Shown piece by piece: positions 15,617 to 20,000 of a stretch of 20,000 bases of DNA. The notes under the pieces were generated by a model that was not told the origin of the DNA, did not search any database, and saw only the letters and a program-made list of their open reading frames with translations. The stretch comes from an uncultured virus (IMG/VR IMGVR_UViG_3300021961_000062) (Duplodnaviria; Heunggongvirae; Uroviricota; Caudoviricetes), in the IMG/VR virus record IMGVR_UViG_3300021961_000062, positions 55,234 to 75,233 of that record. One strand, given 5' to 3'. Both the position numbers and the translations under genes were made by a program. How positions within the stretch are numbered: the first letter of the stretch is position 1; every line of letters begins with the position of its first letter.

Positions 15617-16350
15617 TAAAATAAGTCTTTTATATCATTAATTGATAATCCGTTATTTTCTAAACTATTTTTTAAAGAGGAGACTTGTCTTTTAATTATT
15701 TGTGGAATTTCTTTACTCTCTTCTTTATCCAAAATGTCGTGGTTAAAATCTTTTTTACTTAAGACTGTTTCCATATAGTCTTTCATAAATTTTTTAGGGT
15801 TCTCCACTAATCTTACCTTATCCTCGGGTAGTTTTTCATCATACCCCATCGATTCAAGTCTCTCCATTGCATCGTCGTGGGTCAACCCTAATTCTTTTGT
15901 AAAATGATTGTACGCTTGTTCGAATGTATCATCTTCACCTAACGTATCATCATAACCTAACGACTTACTCATATCCGACTCCGCCCAATATCTTAAAGAT
16001 GTGTGGGTACCATGGACACCGTGTGTACCCATAGATCCGCCTGAGGTTTTCGCGACCTTGTCTGTCGTTGATTTAGATCCAACAGTTTTTGTTGCTAGGT
16101 TAGTGGGTTTAGAACCTCTTTTTATATTGCCCTTTGAGTCGACAATTTCATCAACCTCTTTTTCTTTCTCGGTCACCTTCTCGGGTATTTTATCAAAGTC
16201 AGTATCGTTTGAAAACTCTTTAGCGTATTTTTCCCACTTCTTCTTCTCTTTCTTGCTCACCCCTTTTTCGTTGGCCTTAGCATAGAAGAATCTTTGTTGT
16301 GCTTTTGACGCGAATTTCTCTTCGATTACCTGTTTTACGAAATTATTCAT
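15616..16350 (-). CDS. Hypothetical charged protein (244 aa) with FASKAQQRFFY...WEKYAKEF...IPEKV module
   Basis: ORF 15616..16413. The ATG at 16350 (MNNFVKQVIEE) is preferred because the extra 21 codons cover the divergent promoter gap and overlap the + strand gene. Confidence 0.8.
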   Translation of the reverse strand: MNNFVKQVIEEKFASKAQQRFFYAKANEKGVSKKEKKKWEKYAKEFSNDTDFDKIPEKVTEKEKEVDEIVDSKGNIKRGSKPTNLATKTVGSKSTTDKVAKTSGGSMGTHGVHGTHTSLRYWAESDMSKSLGYDDTLGEDDTFEQAYNHFTKELGLTHDDAMERLESMGYDEKLPEDKVRLVENPKKFMKDYMETVLSKKDFNHDILDKEESKEIPQIIKRQVSSLKNSLENNGLSINDIKDLF

Positions 16351-16365
16351 AGAAACTTGTTTTAT

Positions 16366-16373
16366 TATAAATA
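16366..16373 (-). promoter_or_regulatory. Putative late promoter motif TATTTATA (leftward)
   Basis: Sense strand reads GATATTTATAATAAA, 15 nt before ATG 16350. Confidence 0.55.
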
Positions 16374-16390
16374 TCAAATAGTAAGAAAGA

Positions 16391-16397
16391 TATTTAT
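16391..16397 (+). promoter_or_regulatory. Putative late promoter motif TATTTAT (rightward)
   Basis: GATATTTATTAGAAT-ATG, 6 nt before ATG 16404. Confidence 0.55.
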
Positions 16398-16403
16398 TAG
16401 AAT

Positions 16404-19400
16404 ATGAATACACAGGATATTTTAAGAAATTTGGGGATCAGTTTTGATTTAGTGTTGGATAATTCGGAAACATATGACTACGAATTATCTGGTTTTGATA
16501 GTGATTATGACAAAAACGTCATAAATTTCAATACCCCCCTGTCTCTTGATGTTAGTATTCTAAAAAATTTGGATGGGGACCAGTTAGATAGATCGGTTAT
16601 AACGGTGTGTGAAGTCGATAATACTATTAACAACCCTAACTATGTATACAGTGGTTTAACAGAAACGTTTACTTATTTAGATTTTGTTAACCATTTTAAT
16701 ATTCCTGACCATGAGTACAAAAATTTTATTTTAAATAACGATGTTTACACGTATACAGGTATAACAAACGAAGTACATTATTTTAAAATTTGTTACATAG
16801 GTCCTCCATTACCAACTAGTACTCCCGAGACGACACCCACAGAAACCCCAATACCAACATCCACGCCGGAACCAACTAGTACTGAAATTCCAACACCTAC
16901 ACCGACATCCACGCCGGAACCAACTAGTACTGAAATTCCAACACCTACACCAACAGAGAGTAGTACTCCTGCACCAACTAGTACGGAAACACCAACACCG
17001 ACATCACCACCTAATTTAATATTTGAGAATCAAAACACTCAATCGATCTTATTCAATTCGTTTGGTGCTAATTTTTCATCTACATGGAATTTTAGTTTCC
17101 CTCTATCAAGTGGTCAAATTGAATATGGTACACATTTGGGTATTGCTTATGGGGATTTTATACAAGTTGGAGTAAGTGGTGTTGGACCATATTCTGTCGA
17201 GGTATATAAAAACCAAACATTATTAAAAGTAGTACATAAGACCTCCCCATATACCGCGGTATACCAATTTACCACTGGCGGATTACTTACAACGGATGTG
17301 TTGAGGATCGTTTTGACCAATTCTCAGTTACCAACACCGACACCAACAGAGAGTAGTACTCCAATTCCAACGGAAACACCAACCCCCACACCAACCTTAG
17401 ATTCTAACTTACAATTAAATGTTGTGTTCTGTGGTTATGACGTAAACGGTGGAACTCAATTTAATTTTAAAGATGATGTAGATGGTACAAATGCCTGTAT
17501 AGTTCACACAAGTTATTCCCAAGGAATAACCAATGGTTATTGTGGAAGTATAGGACCGGTCTATTCATCGACAGGAACTGTTCAAGTTGTGGGTAGTGAA
17601 CTCACCACATTAGGTTATTCATATAATTGGTATACGGGGTTACAACCCTATACAGGTTACGCAATAATCTACCCAATAATTGGTGGTGTTGAGGATAAAC
17701 AAAACGGTCAAGTTGTACATATGACCAATAGTATTGTTGATGAGGTTGTTACATGTGTTACTCCTACACCTACGGAGACTCCAATTCCAACCAATACAGA
17801 AACACCTACACCCACACCAACCGCGGTACCAATCGATCCAAGTAACATAAACTTACAGATTTGGTATGATGGTGCCGATATTGGACAATTCCAACCAACA
17901 AACCCATCTGATGGATCCACAATTACTCAGTGGAATGATAAATCGGCAATTGCCCATAATGCCAACCCAATAGGTGGTTCTACAAGTGTTAGACCTTCCT
18001 ACGAAACAAATGAATTATGTGGTAAGTCGGGTGTTTTCTTTGATGGTACTGACGGTTTGAGTATTAACCCAATCACCGAACTACAGTCATTAACGGGTAT
18101 GACTATCATAATGGTTTATAGAATGGATGTTTCCCAACAAACTGGACAAACATTATATACCAGTGAAACTTCGACAGGTAGTTACAACAGCATTTATTTG
18201 TATAAGACCGCATATGGTCACCTGAATTTTAGTTTCACACCTGGAGGAATTCTTAGACAAAGTCAGGGACCCGTGTTTACAGATAATAACGCCCACATTA
18301 TTACATTAACATTTAATGGTAATACGACTTACCATAATTTAAGAGAAAAATTGTGGATTGACGGTGTTAGTGTTCCAATATTGGCAAATACAACACTCGG
18401 GTCAACGACCGCATCCAACTTAAGTAAACTTTATATTGGTACCCATCCATTAGAAAACACGGGTATGAATGGTTATGTGTTTGAAATGTTGGTATTTGAC
18501 AAAGAATTGAGTTCGAGTGAAAGGTTGAGTGTTGAAAACCAATTAAATGATAAATGGTTTAATAATTGTGCGACATCTACACCATTACCAACAGGTACAA
18601 ACACTCCAACACCTACTCCAACTTCGGTACCAACCATACCATTCTATCAATTTACTAACACATCAACAGCGGCTAACGACGGTGATGTTGCCGTTCAAAG
18701 TAACGCTGCTAGTTGGTCTCATTCAAGTTTAAGTTGGGGGAACATTGTAAGATGGAAATTTAATAGGTATAGTGTTTTAGGTCCCGGTCCTGAGGGAACT
18801 TACTCAAGGACTCCGTATAATGCGGGAACGACCGATAATTGGTTCGTATTCACAGGTATGGGTGCGGGTAGTAGGATCTATTTAACAGGATTAAATTATG
18901 CCCCATCAGGACCATCAGGAGGAATTTTAGATGCTACGGGTAAATCTATAGTTATTGAATTAACAACCTCACCATCATACGATGTTGCTTCGGGAGTGAT
19001 GGTTGTCGAGAATTTTACGATTGTCTCTTCCTCAGGTAGTGGATTTAATGAAAGTGAAGTTTACCAAGTTAATCTATATTCGGTACCACCTCCGACACCC
19101 ACACCTACGGATACACCATTACCTACCGCAGGTTTAGTAATGGATTTTGATGCATCGACAGCCAACTCATTTATACAGTCCCCAACAATTTCTGATGGTG
19201 ACACTATTGTTGATTGGGGTAATACTGTAAGTGGGCAACCTAATTTTGGTGGTTCAGGGACCGTTAATAATCCCCCAACATGGGATTCGTCGTCGGCAGA
19301 CTTTAATAATCTCGGTGCGATTAATTTTGGACCAAACAAAAGTTTAATTGCCCAAGGAATTACAGGATTGGCAGGAACAAACGCGTACACCATGTTTATT

Positions 19401-19829
19401 GTAGTCACCACAACATCAACATCACCACAATGGATTTTACAAGGACTTAAATCCACTAATTCATCAGATGATAGTTTAACCATTTTATTTACTAGTGGTA
19501 ATTTCCAAGTGACCACCACAACAAACTATAACAGAATTATACCGTATACAACAAATACCCCAACATTATACACCGTGATTTACGATGGGACACAAACGGG
19601 TGCGGATATGATGGTTATAAGGGAGAATGGGGTGTTTAAGAATAGTGGGACAATTCCATTACCAAGTAATCTAAACGCAACACTAACAGGTATTGAGTTA
19701 GGTACAAATGCGGGGGAAACGACGGGTCTTTATGGTCAAATACCCGCATTTAAAATGTATAATACCGTTTTAACTAATTCTGAAATAACGGCAGTCGAGA
19801 ACTCGTTGATTAGTAAATTCAACTTATAA
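16404..19829 (+). CDS. Large modular virion surface/adhesin-like protein with five Pro/Thr linkers and two LamG/concanavalin A-like domains
   Basis: 1141 aa with PTPTPT linkers. Two related domains begin NLQIWYDGAD..ITQWNDKS and GLVMDFDAS..IVDWGNTV, and end GYVFEMLVFDKELSSSERLSVENQLNDKW and GQIPAFKMYNTVLTNSEITAVENSLISKF (LamG-like C-terminal signature). Confidence 0.8.
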   Translation: MNTQDILRNLGISFDLVLDNSETYDYELSGFDSDYDKNVINFNTPLSLDVSILKNLDGDQLDRSVITVCEVDNTINNPNYVYSGLTETFTYLDFVNHFNIPDHEYKNFILNNDVYTYTGITNEVHYFKICYIGPPLPTSTPETTPTETPIPTSTPEPTSTEIPTPTPTSTPEPTSTEIPTPTPTESSTPAPTSTETPTPTSPPNLIFENQNTQSILFNSFGANFSSTWNFSFPLSSGQIEYGTHLGIAYGDFIQVGVSGVGPYSVEVYKNQTLLKVVHKTSPYTAVYQFTTGGLLTTDVLRIVLTNSQLPTPTPTESSTPIPTETPTPTPTLDSNLQLNVVFCGYDVNGGTQFNFKDDVDGTNACIVHTSYSQGITNGYCGSIGPVYSSTGTVQVVGSELTTLGYSYNWYTGLQPYTGYAIIYPIIGGVEDKQNGQVVHMTNSIVDEVVTCVTPTPTETPIPTNTETPTPTPTAVPIDPSNINLQIWYDGADIGQFQPTNPSDGSTITQWNDKSAIAHNANPIGGSTSVRPSYETNELCGKSGVFFDGTDGLSINPITELQSLTGMTIIMVYRMDVSQQTGQTLYTSETSTGSYNSIYLYKTAYGHLNFSFTPGGILRQSQGPVFTDNNAHIITLTFNGNTTYHNLREKLWIDGVSVPILANTTLGSTTASNLSKLYIGTHPLENTGMNGYVFEMLVFDKELSSSERLSVENQLNDKWFNNCATSTPLPTGTNTPTPTPTSVPTIPFYQFTNTSTAANDGDVAVQSNAASWSHSSLSWGNIVRWKFNRYSVLGPGPEGTYSRTPYNAGTTDNWFVFTGMGAGSRIYLTGLNYAPSGPSGGILDATGKSIVIELTTSPSYDVASGVMVVENFTIVSSSGSGFNESEVYQVNLYSVPPPTPTPTDTPLPTAGLVMDFDASTANSFIQSPTISDGDTIVDWGNTVSGQPNFGGSGTVNNPPTWDSSSADFNNLGAINFGPNKSLIAQGITGLAGTNAYTMFIVVTTTSTSPQWILQGLKSTNSSDDSLTILFTSGNFQVTTTTNYNRIIPYTTNTPTLYTVIYDGTQTGADMMVIRENGVFKNSGTIPLPSNLNATLTGIELGTNAGETTGLYGQIPAFKMYNTVLTNSEITAVENSLISKFNL
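16857..16951 (+). repeat. Near-perfect 48-nt tandem duplication in the first Pro/Thr linker
   Basis: ACATCCACGCCGGAACCAACTAGTACTGAAATTCCAACACCTACACC (47 nt) is identical at 16857 and 16905. Confidence 0.95.
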
Positions 19830-19892
19830 TTCTAAACATTCAACCAAAGACATAATTTTTAAGTTAGTGGATGAAATAACTGATGTTTTTAC

Positions 19893-19900
19893 TATTTATA
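19893..19900 (+). promoter_or_regulatory. Putative late promoter motif TATTTATA
   Basis: CTATTTATAGATAAAAGTAAAA-ATG, 13 nt before ATG 19914. Confidence 0.55.
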
Positions 19901-19913
19901 GATAAAAGTAAAA

Positions 19914-20000
19914 ATGTCATTAGAGATCTCAGGATTCACCACGAATTTAATTAGTTGTGAGTCATCATTAGGTGGTGACTGTTGTCCTATTGACCCAACA
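19914..20000 (+). CDS. Hypothetical protein, partial (runs off the right edge)
   Basis: Not in the ORF track. ATG after an A-rich leader and TATTTATA. Open for 29 codons: MSLEISGFTTNLISCESSLGGDCCPIDPT. Confidence 0.7.
   Translation, partial: MSLEISGFTTNLISCESSLGGDCCPIDPT

Noticed and set aside
16351..16413. N-terminal extension MYSYSNKYLSYYLIFIIKQVS as a signal or TM peptide
   Set aside because: It is a translation of the AT-rich divergent promoter gap from a non-ATG start overlapping the opposite gene; the real start is likely 16350.
17708..19519. ORFs 17708-17920 (-), 18547-18732 (+) and 19061-19519 (-)
   Set aside because: Shadows of the Thr/Pro-rich 1141-aa gene; the VGVGVG runs are simply the antisense of PTPTPT.
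19846..19890. Imperfect hairpin (AAAGACAT...AGTTA/TAACT...ATGTTTTT) after the 1141-aa gene as a terminator
   Set aside because: AT-rich stem interrupted by a large bulge and a 10-nt loop, too weak to call without folding-energy calculation.

Overview
AT-rich (roughly one-third GC by eye), gene-dense segment that reads as part of a large T4-related tailed dsDNA phage genome. The host is probably in Bacteroidota, inferred from a DUF4494-like gene and the lack of Shine-Dalgarno sites. A leftward block of 22 tightly coupled genes spans 1-16350. In transcription order it encodes: small charged proteins, a 6 x 47-aa repeat protein and a stand-alone WYL protein; then a glycosyltransferase / nucleotide-metabolism cluster (GT-B, DUF4494-like, degenerate HD, dUTPase, PhoH, degenerate HAD, GT-B, GT2); then a gp55-like late sigma factor; then virion genes including a gp5/gpV-like baseplate spike. 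A divergent rightward gene encodes a 1141-aa Pro/Thr-linker protein with two LamG/ConA-like domains, followed by a truncated gene. Two promoter-like motif classes are visible: TT(T/G)A..-N17-TATATT before the metabolic genes, and TATTTAT (the reverse complement of the T4 late promoter core) on the sense strand before structural-type genes. The most notable observations are this inverted T4-type motif next to its likely sigma factor, several enzymes with replaced catalytic residues, a possible virion-glycosylation system, and a WYL/repeat-protein cassette in which two proteins share a C-terminal IKRIKELL tag. No tRNA, rRNA, CRISPR array or mobile element was seen. All family assignments come from motif recognition by eye, not database searches.
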